A stretch of DNA of 64,000 nt from Macrostomum lignano. Its lineage: Eukaryota. The notes beneath the pieces are model-generated. The model did not search any database. It worked only from the letters and a program-made list of their open reading frames with translations, and had not been told where the DNA came from. Both the position numbers and the translations under genes were made by a program. How positions within the stretch are numbered: the stretch's first letter is position 1; each line of letters starts with the position of its first letter. Positions 1 to 11,558 of this stretch are shown in pieces. The stretch is from contig NIVC01000107.1 of assembly GCA_002269645.1 (NCBI GenBank), positions 327,867 through 391,866 of the forward strand, in the 5' to 3' direction.

Positions 1-207
1 CTGACAGCCAAGACGAATCCCCAGAAGGGGGGGCACTGAAACGAATCCTGTCGGTCGGCCTCGGGCTTGCAAATATCGACACGATAAAGACTTTGCCCAC
101 AGGCCTCCCATAGGGAATTTTTATTTCTATTACTGGACCCAGGGCGCCTTGGGATTGATGTTATAAGCTATTGCTACTATCAGTAGCATTATTCGGCCCG
201 CCCGCAG

Positions 208-320
208 CGAACCCCATGCTGATGCTGACTGGCCCCGGCCAGCAGGCCATGGCACCGCCGCCCCCGCCGGGCATGGGCTACCCGGGCGGCTTCTACCCTG
301 GCGTGCCGCCGCAGTTCTAA
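208..320 (+). CDS. Terminal exon of a gene extending beyond the left edge; Pro/Gly-rich C-terminus
   Basis: Acceptor ccgcag at 202-207, then frame NPMLMLTGPGQQAMAPPPPPGMGYPGGFYPGVPPQF* with high GC3. AATAAA at 340-345. Confidence 0.65.
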
Positions 321-1029
321 TCTAATATTAACTGACAATAATAAATAATAAATTAAATACATATCCGCCGCATACTACTGCTGCTGCGCGAGACTACTGC
401 TGAACAAAAATTCTGGCAAAACGTCTGCTAGCGATTTCAATCAATCAATACTGAACTCGGGTTCGCAGTCGGACACACTGATTAGAGCCATTCCTGTATT
501 GCTACTTGATTTCTTGATCAGAGCTCCCTGCCTCTGCACACCCACTAATCACTGCTTTATACACCTCTGCCCCAGCCAGGTGCAATCCGACTTCCTTTTT
601 GGTCCGTTTTTTTGCTGTCTTCAAGTCTGTCCCCAGTCTGATTCGCAATTTTGTTTTTTTTGAGTTTTGTTATAATTGCAAATTTTATAAATTGATTATT
701 TTGAGTCAATTCTGTGCAGTAGAACTGTTTTTAACTGATTAGCGCTTTCTTATCTGAGTGATTCTTCCCCAGTAATCCCCTTCAATTGGTGCTTTGAAAT
801 TCATTTATTCACTGTTTTGTACCTGATTACTATTAGTAATATATTTATTAATTTGTTACTTTTTCCGCACGGACTGTTTAGTGGACATATAATAAATAAT
901 AATGATGATGATAATAGCAACAAATGTTCGCAGGCTCAGGTGCCAATGGACTTATCGACTCATTCATTTATTACGAGCGTATCTGAAAGGTTTTCCGGCT
1001 CTCATCTTGAGGGTCATGAAGAATTGAAC

Positions 1030-1145
1030 TTTGAGGAAAGCCAGGAAAACGAAAGCAAAAACGAACATTCGCATTTATGACCAAAATTATTAAATAAAAA
1101 ATGCGAATGTTTGTTTTTGCTTTCGTTTTCCTGGCTTTCCTCAAA
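1030..1145. repeat. Inverted repeat (hairpin), about 47-bp arms, 22-nt spacer
   Basis: tttgaggaaagccaggaaaacgaaagcaaaaacgaacattcgcattt (1030-1076) is the reverse complement of 1099-1145 with one mismatch. Confidence 0.95.
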
Positions 1146-1510
1146 CGATGTACCTTACCTTGACTCTGAATTGAAATTTAAAGTGCACAGTCGGTTGGAG
1201 TTTTCCTATGGCGAAACTCTGAAGCCTCTGACAAGTGACGAGAATTGCTTTTGTCAGCCAAAGTTGAGAATTCCCATTTGCCAGCAGTAGATATGGTCTT
1301 GCCCATAGACAGGAAAAATGGTCAATCAAATTGATAAATCTGGGGCCCGTGCTATAGAATACTCTTAACTACTAAATCCTTAAGAGTGTCCTAACTCCTA
1401 GCTCCTAGCTGGCTTTTCTGTGCGAATAGAATCAAGAGTAAATTTTGAGAGTTAGGAGGCCCCTTAAGGACGTTAGGATACTCCTTGGTGAATTTAGGAG
1501 ACCTCATTAA

Positions 1511-2750
1511 CAGTAGGAATACCAAGCCATTTTTCCGCCCGTCGAACTACCAAGGGGGGGAGGGAATTTCCCCCCCCTGACAATTTTTTTTGCTGCGCCG
1601 GAACGGAGCAACGCAGACACACAAAATTCAAGAACACGGGCTAACTTTTTGTTGCGCACCTTCTCAAACAAGAATCAAGTCGCCAGCCCTCCGGACCGTC
1701 GAGATATTCAACAGGTGGCATCAGGGGAGTAAGGACAACTGAGCGTGATTTTTCATCATGCTCTTAACATTTCTGAATCATAAAAAAATAAAAAAACCGA
1801 TTGAATTTACTGGCTTCTTAAAAGCATAACCCTTTCTGCATAAAAATTGGGTTCAATATTATAGTTGAATAAACTATACAGCTTTTCGAATAAAATATGT
1901 ATGTAGCTCGTATGCATAAAAGTATGTGTAATAATAATATAAATATACAGCAACATGAGTTCAAGCTTAACTATAGCAATTTCCGTGCTTGAAAAATTTT
2001 GAGAGCTTTAGAAATGTTATAAGAGCATGATGAAAAATCACGCTCAGGTGTCCTTACTCCCCTGGTGCCACCTGTTGAAGGTGCCGACGGCGTCGGGGTG
2101 ATGGCTGAATGCTTGACTGACTAGCTGAGGATGTCCAGTAGTTGAGGTTTGCTCATTATTGAAGCTTGATAAGAAAAACCTGACATAGTTGCAAAAAGAA
2201 CGTCCATAGTCACCTGATGCCACCTGTTGAAGGTGCCGACGGCGTCGGGGTGATGATGGAAGGCTCGAGAGACTAGCTGAGGATACCTAGCAGTTGAGGT
2301 ATGCCCACTGTCGAGGCTTGATCAGCGAAACTCGAGAAATTCGTATCAGAGTGTCCATAGTCACTTGGTGCCACCTGTTGAAGGTCCAGAAGCTCCGCCT
2401 GGGTGAAGGCTAGTGACCAACGAAGTCAGAGCTGATGCAGACACATGTGGTCGACGTGCTGATGAAATTTGGAGGCTTGGCAAGGCTGCACTGAGGCGCA
2501 GTGCTGATTGGCGCACAGGGGTGTACTGAATACACTGGCGCTCATGGGAAAAATCCGACCCTCCGGCAGAACCGTCGAATACCTCGACGGTCCGGAGGGC
2601 TGGCGACTTGATTCTTGTTTGAGAAGGTGCGCAACAAAAAGTTAGCCCGTGTTCTTGAATTTTGTGTGTCTGCGTTGCTCCGTTCCGGCGCAGCAAAAAA
2701 AGTTGTCAGGGGGGGGGGGAAATTTCCCCCCCCCCTTGGTAGTTCTACTG
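1511..2750. mobile_element. Non-autonomous foldback/MITE-like DNA transposon with long TIRs
   Basis: About 160-bp inverted repeats at 1544-1703 and 2583-2745. Ends are ttaa|cagtag...ctactg|ttaa. A second internal inverted repeat pairs about 1709-1775 with 2010-2078, and about 150-bp internal direct repeats lie at 2065-2385. Confidence 0.8.
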
Positions 2751-3224
2751 TTAAACCAATTTTGACTTTTGTTTACAGTCAGTACTAGCTCGTACAGTCT
2801 CTAAGATAATATGTACCTTCACTACATACCTGTACATGTACATGTAGCTAGTTGAGAAAGTCAGAAATGAATTTTGAACATACGCTCGTAAAAAACTTGC
2901 GTGGCCAAGCTTAGCGAAACTAGTGCGCATATTTTCGTGCAGTTGCTAAGCTGTTTTGTCAAGCACATCTGCTCTCTATGAAGATCATAAAACACCTAAG
3001 CTTAATTGCTATGAGCATACGGTAATGCCAATCCATCCAGTATTGTGTAAGCATACGGGTGATGTATGAGTGGGCAAACTAGATCGCAAAAGGCTGTATA
3101 TTACGTGAATATGTTATTGAAATCATGCACAATCATGAGTCGCATACCAATTAATAAAGACCATTTGGTCGAAAATGTGTACTGTTTACCAGTACATGCA
3201 CGTCTCTATAGCCTTCCATCCTAA

Positions 3225-3540
3225 TCTGTTCATTCTCCCATTGTCTCTCTCTCTGCTCTCTCCTCTAGTATCCTCTATCATCTCTGCTCTCTGCTCGCTC
3301 ATCTCCTCTCTATAATCTCTCCTTTCTCTTCTCTCATCTCTCTACTCTCTTATCTCTACTCTCTTCTATCTCCTCTCACTTTCTCCTATCTACTCTTTTC
3401 TCTCTCATCTCATCTCTCTCATCCCTCCCTCTTTTGACCTCTACTCTCTCCTCCCGTTTCTCTTGCCCCTCTTTTCTCTCTCCCTCGATTCGCTCTCCCC
3501 TTCTTCTCTCTCCTCTCCTCTCATTTCTCCTCTCCTCTCA
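3225..3540. repeat. Degenerate CT-rich microsatellite / low complexity
   Basis: Irregular (ct)n/(ctct)n tract. Confidence 0.85.
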
Positions 3541-4480
3541 CAATAAATTTGTATGAAATCCTCCGATGGAATAACCAACGGAGTTTTTGACGAGGAGCTG
3601 GCAAAAGTCATACGAAGTTAAATGAATTCGTGTTTAAGGATTATTTAGCTTTCTATTAAAAAACCTTCCAATTGCAAAACTATCTAATAAAAATCCTAAA
3701 AAGCAAAGTCCACGGGGGGTGTGTGTGAGATTTGAGTTAGTGTAAACTATTTTTTGTTTTATTAACTATAAGCTGCGTGCGGCAAGCAGAACCGATCCAT
3801 CGACAGGTTTTATCAATCGAGATGACAAAATGAATGGGATCATTAGGATTCCAAGTAAATACGTTTAATTGCCACATTAATTCACTTGGAAGTTGAAAGT
3901 AACATGATTGGTGGATGACGAAATGACTCTCTTCAGGTAGTGCATGTTAATTAAGATGACGAAGTGACCCTAGTCGAGGTGAGCACCCCAGACACCTCAG
4001 ATGAAGAAATGACTAGGAACCACCGACTTATATGAGCTAATAATTTAATTTAATAAATTAATAATCGAGGTATCCTTTGTAGTCAAGTTGTTCCTCCTGA
4101 AATTCAGTCTGTCGCTCTTTTCATTTCTTTGCTTTTGGCAGTTGGTTACTATACCGACAAACGCCTACATTCCGTTCCTAAAGGCGATGTAAAATTTAAT
4201 CGATATTGAGTCTTGACTACGGGCTTCTGACTACAGCACAGACGCCAAATGTTGCCTGTACCAGCAAGTTGGCTGGTTCGGAACCCCTCCCGAAGGGTCT
4301 TTGACGTGACCGCTCTTTTTAAGATATGAACTTCCGAATCGAGACTATGAAGTGACAAACGGTTTATTTTAAGCTGAACCTTGCGTCCTCACTACACAAA
4401 GCCTCACTATGGCAACTGAATGAAAAACTTTGATGTCAACAAAGCAGGGCATGCAGCTGCCGTCACGTCCTCGAGTTCGG

Positions 4481-4857
4481 TCAGGGCTCGCACGAGTCGC
4501 ACTCGGCCAAAATCGTGCGGTCCTTTTTGACCTCCAGCACTCGGCAGTAGCCTGAGCAGCAGTCCTTGCCGCTCCAGCACCTGGTGCCGCCTTCTGAGCA
4601 CGACTTGCTGGATGAGCAGGCCGGTGCCATCTCTAGCTCTGCAGTGAGGAAAATTGTGTATTTATATAGATACTTTATATAGAGTCTTTGGGGTTAATGG
4701 CCCTCCTGGGTGCGAATGGCTCAGTATAACCCACCAGAGCCATGCAATACCTGTACTTGAAAAGAAGTCTCAATCGTCAGTTAATAAATGGCATTGCAAA
4801 TGCATAAAACAGCTACTCACGGGTAAGAAGAGTTATGATAATAAAAAAGTTGAACAT
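4481..4857 (-). CDS. Secreted Cys-rich knottin (ICK)-like peptide K1, 64 aa
   Basis: Exon1 4857-4821 (MFNFFIIITLLT, phase-1 GTGAGT donor). Exon2 4638-4481 after acceptor ttttcctcactgcag. Product MFNFFIIITLLTQLEMAPACSSSKSCSEGGTRCWSGKDCCSGYCRVLEVKKDRTILAECDSCEP*. AATAAA on minus strand at 4363-4368. Confidence 0.85.
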
Positions 4858-5334
4858 TTGTAATTTAGTGAAGAAGATGGAACTGTGTGTGCAAAGTGCA
4901 GTTGGATTCGAAGATCGGTGGTACTCAGATCCGGACACTTGGCTGCATGATGATGGAGATGGATGGAGAATGATAATCAGGCTTAGTTCTGGCTCAACTG
5001 CTGCCATAGACGGTAAAGGCCTGACACAAATTGAAGAGACAAAGAGAAGGTTCTGTAGCTGCCGGCGGAGACTGTCCCGCCAAGCATGGATTTCTTGTCT
5101 ATGGTAAAAAGTCAAACTTCTCTGTGGCACAGTCAACTGCAAGTGCCAGGGGTTCTCAATTCCTCTGCAAGACCTGGTCACTAAAATCTCAAGCTTATAT
5201 GATGTACTTGCTGCTTGCTTGGAATAGAACTGCCCTTTTTACGCAGTTATAGAATTTCTATTGGATACATGTAATTATTGGTCTGAAAGTTGGTAGCGGA
5301 AATGAAAGCTTAGCAATCTCTACACACGGATATA

Positions 5335-5740
5335 TTGCGGCAGAGATCAAAACGGGGTGAAAAGCACAGGCTGGGCTGGCAGCAGAGATCAAAGCGGGAC
5401 AGCAGGGTACAGGCTGGGCTGGCGGCAGAGATCAAAGCGGGGCAGCAGGGTACAGGCTGGGCTGGCGGCAGAGATCAAAGCGGGGCAGCAGGGTACAGGC
5501 TGGGCTGGCGGCAGAGATCAAAGCGGGGCAGCAGGGTACAGGCTGGGCTGGCGGCAGAGATCAAAGCGGGGCAGCAGGGTACAGGCTGGGCTGGCGGCAG
5601 AGATCAAAGCGGGGCAGCAGGGTACAGGCTGGGCTGGCGGCAGAGATCAAAGCGGGGCAGCAGGGTACAGGCTGGGCTGGCGGCAGAGATCAAAGCGGGG
5701 TAGCAGGGTACAGGCTGGGCTGGCGGCAGAGATCAAAGCG
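5335..5740. repeat. Minisatellite, 43-bp unit, about 9 copies
   Basis: gcagagatcaaagcggggcagcagggtacaggctgggctggcg repeated just 3' of the K2 stop. Confidence 0.95.
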
Positions 5741-5759
5741 GAGCAGCAGGCACAGCAGC

Positions 5760-6084
5760 TCAGGTGCACTCTGCAGTGAACGTCAAGTTCGGCCAGGCCT
5801 TGAGCACTCTGCAGTAGTGTGAGCAGCAGTCTTTGCCCGACCAGCAGCTCACTCCGTTGACCAGACATGGCTCTGTGGCGGGGCAGGCGACTGATGATCT
5901 CAAGTCTGCAACAAATTGAGCGGGTAACGGACTGCTCTTTGTTCATTCTAGTCTTGGTTTTAATTAGGAAATAAAATCGTTATTTACAGTTGATATTAGT
6001 CGATAGACTGCCTGAAAACTCACAGATTAGCAGTAAAATGAAGAAAGCAAGCAGAAGTGACTTCACGGACTGGTGTATTTTCAT
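5760..6084 (-). CDS. Secreted Cys-rich knottin-like peptide K2, 68 aa
   Basis: Exon1 6084-6024 (MKIHQSVKSLLLAFFILLLI, phase-1 GTGAGT). Exon2 5905-5760 after caatttgttgcag: (Y)LRSSVACPATEPCLVNGVSCWSGKDCCSHYCRVLKAWPNLTFTAECT*. Shares CWSGKDCCSxYCRVL with K1. Confidence 0.85.
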
Positions 6085-6343
6085 GGCTGCGTGATCAAGT
6101 TGGCAAACCTGCAAACTGACTTCTTGTGGTGGTCGCTCAAGTGAAGGTGGGTGCCAAAGCGCATGGCACCGAGAAGTAAATAAAAGTCCTTGTCTTGAAA
6201 TTGTCTGTGGCTGAAAACCTGTTTCTTGTAAAAGAACAAGACTCTGCTTTTACAAATCAAAGAGACCATTCTAAATCAGAATTTATTGCAAAAATTTTAT
6301 ATACCGGTATTTAAAGCAGAAATTTTCAGTGGAAAGAAACCAT

Positions 6344-7263
6344 ATGTCTGGCTGGCTTATGTTACTCCTGCTGGGCCTCTCCGTCAGCAGCCAACTGATT
6401 ACATGTGAGTCAGGGAGTTTTCAATGTCAGCGTTGCGCGCCATCATTGTGTTATGAACTTTCATGTTCTGAATTCGTGTTCTGAATTTATGTGTCCTGAA
6501 TCTGTGTTCTGAATTCGTGTTCTGAATTTGTGTCTTCAATCTGTGTTCTGAATTCGTGTTCTGAATTTGTGTTCAATCTGTGTTCTGAATTCGTGTTCTG
6601 AATTTATGTTCTGAATTCGTGTTCTGAATGATCTTGTTCTGAATTCGTGTTCTGAATTCGTGTTCTGAATTCGTGTTCTGAATTCGTGTTCTGAATTCGT
6701 GTTCTGAATTCGTGTTCTGAATTCGTGTTCTGAATTCGTGTTCTGAATTCGTGTTCTGAATTCGTGTTCTGAATTCGTGTTCTGAATTTATGTTCTGAAT
6801 TCGTGTTCTGAATGATCTTGTTCTGAATTCGTGTTCTGAATTCGTGTTCTGAATTCGTGTTCTGAATTCGTGTTCTGAATTCGTGTTCTGAATTCGTGTT
6901 CTGAATTCGTGTTCTGAATTCGTGTTCTGAATTCGTGTTCTGAATTCGTGTTCTGAATTCGTGTTCTGAATTCGTGTTCTGAATTCGTGTTCTGAATTCG
7001 TGTTCTGAATTAGTGTTCTGAATTAGTGTTCTGAATTCGTGTTCTGAATTAGTGTTCTGAATTTGTGTTCTGAATTCGTGTTCACGAAGCTTCTTTCCTC
7101 CAATCCAGCAGCGCAGGCCTGCAAGTGCCCCAGGGACCACCGCGGCTGCACCCTGAAGCAGGACGGCCAGGTGTGCGGCCGCGGCAGCGAGTGCTGCTCC
7201 CGATGGTGCCGGCTGAGCTCGGTCGCGTCCGGCATTAACAGGCGAGTCTGCGCGTCCTGCTGA
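6344..7263 (+). CDS. Secreted Cys-rich knottin-like peptide K3, 71 aa
   Basis: Exon1 6344-6404 (MSGWLMLLLLGLSVSSQLIT, phase-1 GTGAGT). Exon2 7109-7263 after cttctttcctccaatccag: (S)AQACKCPRDHRGCTLKQDGQVCGRGSECCSRWCRLSSVASGINRRVCASC*. Confidence 0.85.
6465..7085. repeat. Intronic minisatellite, 13-bp unit (gtgttctgaattc)
   Basis: Fills most of the K3 intron and explains the spurious 231-aa ORF. Confidence 0.95.
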
Positions 7264-7424
7264 TGAAGCTGAGCTGGCACCAGGCTCCCGCGGCCTCATC
7301 GCTTGGGGGGAAGAAACCGCATCACTAGTGCATGTATTGTAATAAGTTCACTGTTTTATACTCTGTTCATTTTAAATACACAAGTTACCGCAACAAATCA
7401 GTACATTTTAGTACAGTAATAATG

Positions 7425-7826
7425 TACTGAATAGTCTATATAGTCTATGTTCTTCACTGAATAGTCTATAGTCTATGGTCTTCACTGAGTAGTCTCTATA
7501 TAGTCTATGGTCTTCACTGAATAGTCTATAGTCTATGGTCTTCACTGAGTAGTCTCTATATAGTCTATGTTCTTCACTGAATAGTCTATAGTCTATGGTC
7601 TTCACTGAGTAGTCTCTATATAGTCTATGTTCTTCACTGAATAGTCTATAGTCTATGGTCTTCACTGAGTAGTCTCTATATAGTCTATGGTCTTCACTGA
7701 GTAGTCTCTATATAGTCTATGGTCTTCACTGAATAGTCTATAGTCTATGGTCTTCACTGAGTAGTCTCTATATAGTCTATGGTCTTCACTGAATAGTCTA
7801 TAGTCTATGGTCTAACAGTCTATACC
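7425..7826. repeat. Satellite array (about 28-32-bp units, agtctatagtctatggtcttcactgaat)
   Basis: Tandem units. Reverse complement of the array at 9138-9800. Confidence 0.95.
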
Positions 7827-8753
7827 TATTGACAAACTCGGCAAATAAAACTTTGTTTAAAAAATTCGTTGCCCACCTCCGCTTGACTAAATTCCTACAT
7901 GTACATTATTTTGAGAATTGGTGTTGCCAGGGCCCATTTTATTGCCGCAGGCACTCATTAAATTTAATTTGAATTTCTGAAAACCTTTCTGCCTTTCTGC
8001 AGAGGATAAACTATTTTATCCAATGACTCAAGAAGATTGAGAAAATTCATTAAAGACATAAACAAGCCACTCTGAACTGCCCTGAGGCTCGATTTAAATA
8101 AATGAGACAGAAGGAGGTGGTTCTTTGTTATTAATATTTTTAAGAACGAGATAATAATGGGCCAAAGGACTGCAACCGTTTGATTGCGGGTGCTTTCTAT
8201 TTAGCTATAGCTTTTTGATGATGATGGGACATTCCGGAAGAAAAAATGTTCTAGAAAGAGTAGCGCGGGAATTCAAGTTAACTATATTTAGAATTATTTT
8301 TATCGTGGAAATTTCTAGAATGAAATGTTTACTACATGGTCAGAAAGTTTGCGAAGGTTCAGTACAAGGTCACTACGGCTTCATTTTGGTACGAGTGTAC
8401 CGATAATATGATCTGCTTTACGTCGAGAAACTTAATTATTTAGTAATTGATGATTAAAGTATAATAGCAATTAAAATTAAAAGTTTAAATTAAAATAAAT
8501 TTTAAGAAATTAAGATTTTAAAACTAGGATTTTTCATCAAAAGAATAAGTTAATAACAGTAATAGAATAGCAACAAACACTAATTATTTTTTGTTTTTTT
8601 TCCTTCATTGTACTATAGCCTTAAATAACATTTTTAAATATGAAAATCAGCACCCTCTGCGCAAATTTTTAATAACAATATTTGTTGTTAATATGTACGC
8701 TCGTAAGTACGGTTGAATTTTTAAAAGAGCGCTTCGAATCACTTCGTACTGAC

Positions 8754-9098
8754 CTGCTTGAGGAAATTTTCCAGGCTGAACAAATTCGATTTTTGCAGTG
8801 TCCACAGCGTTTGTTCATGCACACTATGCGGCTTGCGGCAACGATCCATTTTGTGACCAGCATCAGGTGCGATGCAGAGTTGATCCTGCCTGGCATTTGG
8901 ACGGCAGTCTCGAATTCGAAGCCATTTCGAGTTTCCCTTCTTGGCCACCAACAGCCAGGACTCCTGGCACTCATGCAGACCAGCGGGCCCGATGTCCTTT
9001 TTCAGTGTATAGTGCACCTGATCCTCCGATTCACAGCAGTTGTCGCAGCCGAGACGCCAGCAATTGCCTTGCTCGATCATCGATGTTGGAAACCTGGC
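8754..9098 (-). CDS. Probable exon encoding a ZC3H7/HELZ-type atypical CCCH zinc-finger module
   Basis: Phase-0 acceptor ttttcaatcgcag and donor cag|gtcagt (or read-through to TGA at 8739). 115 codons ARFPTSMIEQGNCWRLGCDNCC...HECQESWLLV...KWLRIR...LC...C...HSVHEQTLW, which resembles the H-C..W..IR / C..HS.E..W pattern of ZC3H7 proteins. Confidence 0.6.
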
Positions 9099-9137
9099 CT
9101 GCGATTGAAAAGTTTTTTCATAATGACCAGAGGTTTT

Positions 9138-9800
9138 GGTATAGACTGTTAGACCATAGACTATAGACTATTCAGTGAAGACCATAGACTATAGAGACTA
9201 TTCAGTAAAGACCATAGACTATATAGAGACTATTCAGTAAAGACCATAGACTATAGAGACTATTCAGTGAAGACCATAGACTATAGAGACTATTCAGTGA
9301 AGACCATAGACTATAGAGACTACTCAGTGAAGACCATAGACTATAGAGACTATTCAGTGAAGACCATAGACTATAGAGACTATTCAGTGAAGACCATAGA
9401 CTATAGAGACTATTCAGTGAAGACCATAGACTATAGAGACTATTCAGTGAAGACCATAGACTATATAGAGACTACTCAGTGAAGACCATAGACTATAGAG
9501 ACTATTCAGTGAAGACCATAGACTATAGAGACTATTCAGTGAAGACCATAGACTATAGAGACTATTCAGTGAAGACCATAGACTATAGAGACTATTCAGT
9601 GAAGACCATAGACTATAGAGACTATTCAGTGAAGACCATAGACTATATAGAGACTATTCAGTGAAGACCATAGACTATAGAGACTATTCAGTGAAGACCA
9701 TAGACTATAGAGACTATTCAGTGAAGACCATAGACTATAGAGACTATTCAGTGAAGACCATAGACTATATAGAGACTATTCAGTGAAGACCATAGACTAA
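9138..9800. repeat. Satellite array (30/32-bp unit, gaccatagactatagagactattcagtgaa)
   Basis: Tandem units, inverted relative to 7425-7826. Confidence 0.95.
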
Positions 9801-10154
9801 GACCGTGTTAAGTCAATGTCAATCAGACTCCAGAAAAAATATACCAATATCTCGCATTCTGGACTTCTGTATTGAAAACAAAGCAATTCTGCTTTTTTCG
9901 AAATTGATGCACAAGTTTCTTACGCTAAAGCTGTCAGTCCAGTCAGGTATCATAAATTCTACCAGAGACAAACCGACTAGTTTGAGCAAAGTGAGCGAAG
10001 TTCTGGCGATCCCACTATTTTCGTGCGTTCTATATACGACCTAAGTTAAGTTGCTGTCCATGCTTTACGAGTGTAAGTACATGTAGTTTGATGCATTTAG
10101 CCACGATTTTTAAACGGCTGTTGAATATAATTTACAATTTACGAGAAAACTCAC

Positions 10155-11558
10155 AGTTTTATCATTTTCTGGCTTAAGATATTCCTTGATCCAATTTTTG
10201 TCCAGTTGATCCAGACCGGCTGCTCCAGATGCTTCCTCAATTTGTCTTCTTTTGTGCTGGGACACAAAACGTAAGCTCGGTAGCCGCTCAGCTGCCTCCT
10301 TCATCCGGCGAATGCCCTCGGCGGGATCTTGGCCGCTGACCAGGAGAAAGCGGCCGAACTCGAACCGGACGTGAAGCCTCGTCTTGTTGCTGTCTGCAGC
10401 AGCCTGCTCTTCGAGGGCTTCGTATCTCTCACGAAGTTCGACCTTGTCGACAGCTTCTTCATTCTCATTCAGACCCAGCAGCCTCAGCTGGGCCCAGGTG
10501 TTTGTTAGATCGACTTTTTGCAGCAAGTATCTGGCTTTCTGGATTCTGTCCTCGCCAGCATCTTTTGTTTTGATGAAGTACAGAGCGCACTGGAAAGCGA
10601 AATCGCTCTTCAGGAACTCGCTATCTGACAGAGTCTCGCCAGTCTTCAAAACCTTCAGCTCCTTGTTCTTGAGCCTTTTCTTGAGAATTTGGTCCTGGTC
10701 TCCTTGGATTGGCACTTTCTTCCACTGCACCATTTTTGTCAGTCCGCGATAGACTTTGCAGCAGGTGATGTATACATGGAGGTGCTCGCCTGCAAACTGA
10801 ACCGCCTCATCTGCCAGCTGCTCAGACTTGTTGAAATGAACAGCGGAGTACGCGAGGGCCTCAGCGAACCGAGCCAGAAACATCGGGTGCTGGACTTTAC
10901 ATTTGTCCAGAATCCTCTTAGCCTCATCCCACAGCTCCACTCTTTCCTCTCCAATCTCAGCACTGAGGTCCGCCTGACGCCTCTGCATGGCCATCGCCTC
11001 TGCCAGACCGAAGCGCCAGTGGAAGCTCTGGACCGACTGCTCCAGATGGTGCTCCACCTCCAGCTTCAGGGCCTCCCGGAACGCCTTCGCGGCCTCCTCC
11101 AGCTGCTGCCTCCCGAAGCTGAGCAGAGTCCAGCCTTTGGCGCCCCAGACTGAGGCCCGGACCTGCGGCTTCTGCCACTCATCAGAGAGCTTCTGAAGCA
11201 TCATCTGCTCTTGCTGCTCATCTGGGTGGAATTTGTTCATCAGGTGCAGCTCCGTGGCCTCGATCAGGAAGGCCACATCCATGGTTAAAGGTGAATTAGC
11301 ATTCAAATCCAGCTTTGCTTCGTTAAGGTACTTCAGACACCGTGCTTCATCACCAGGTTGCTCCAGCATGTGCACGTAGACCAGACTCAGCAGGTGCAGC
11401 CCCTTTAGTCCGAGCTGGGTGTCCATCCTGCCTTGCAAGCTGCTGACGAGTCTGTCGATGCTCTCTGGGCTCTCGGCAAGTTTCGGCCTCCACTGGAAGT
11501 GACACGGAACCTCGCCCAGGCTCTTGAAAGACTCCGCTGGATTGTTGAGTTCCGCCAT
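10155..11558 (-). CDS. IFIT-like tetratricopeptide-repeat protein (large coding exon)
   Basis: 468 open codons from MAELNN. N-terminal LGEVPCHFQW resembles the IFIT L..L.CHFTW motif, and GAKGWTLLSFGRQQLEEAAKAFREALKL resembles IFIT EEGWALLK.G...YERAK.CFEKAL. Phase-0 donor act|gtgagt at 10155, or stop at 10110. Confidence 0.75.

Noticed and set aside
481-800. Possible DUF4806/BEN-like remnant on the minus strand (VYKAVISGC...QEIK/VAIQEWL)
   Set aside because: Short, needs frameshifts, and similarity is judged only by eye.
4878-5230. Possible CXC-type transposon protein remnant (GW...CSCRR...C...LLCGTVNCKC)
   Set aside because: Contains stops and irregular Cys spacing. Too weak to call.
6465-7085. 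Regular short repeats resembling a CRISPR array (also 9138-9800, 42977-43448 and others)
   Set aside because: Units are head-to-tail with no unique spacers, the context is eukaryotic and intronic, and there are no cas genes.
9805-10050. Extra exon between the IFIT-like and zinc-finger exons
   Set aside because: An open minus frame with possible splice sites exists, but there is no recognisable motif. It cannot be supported without RNA data.
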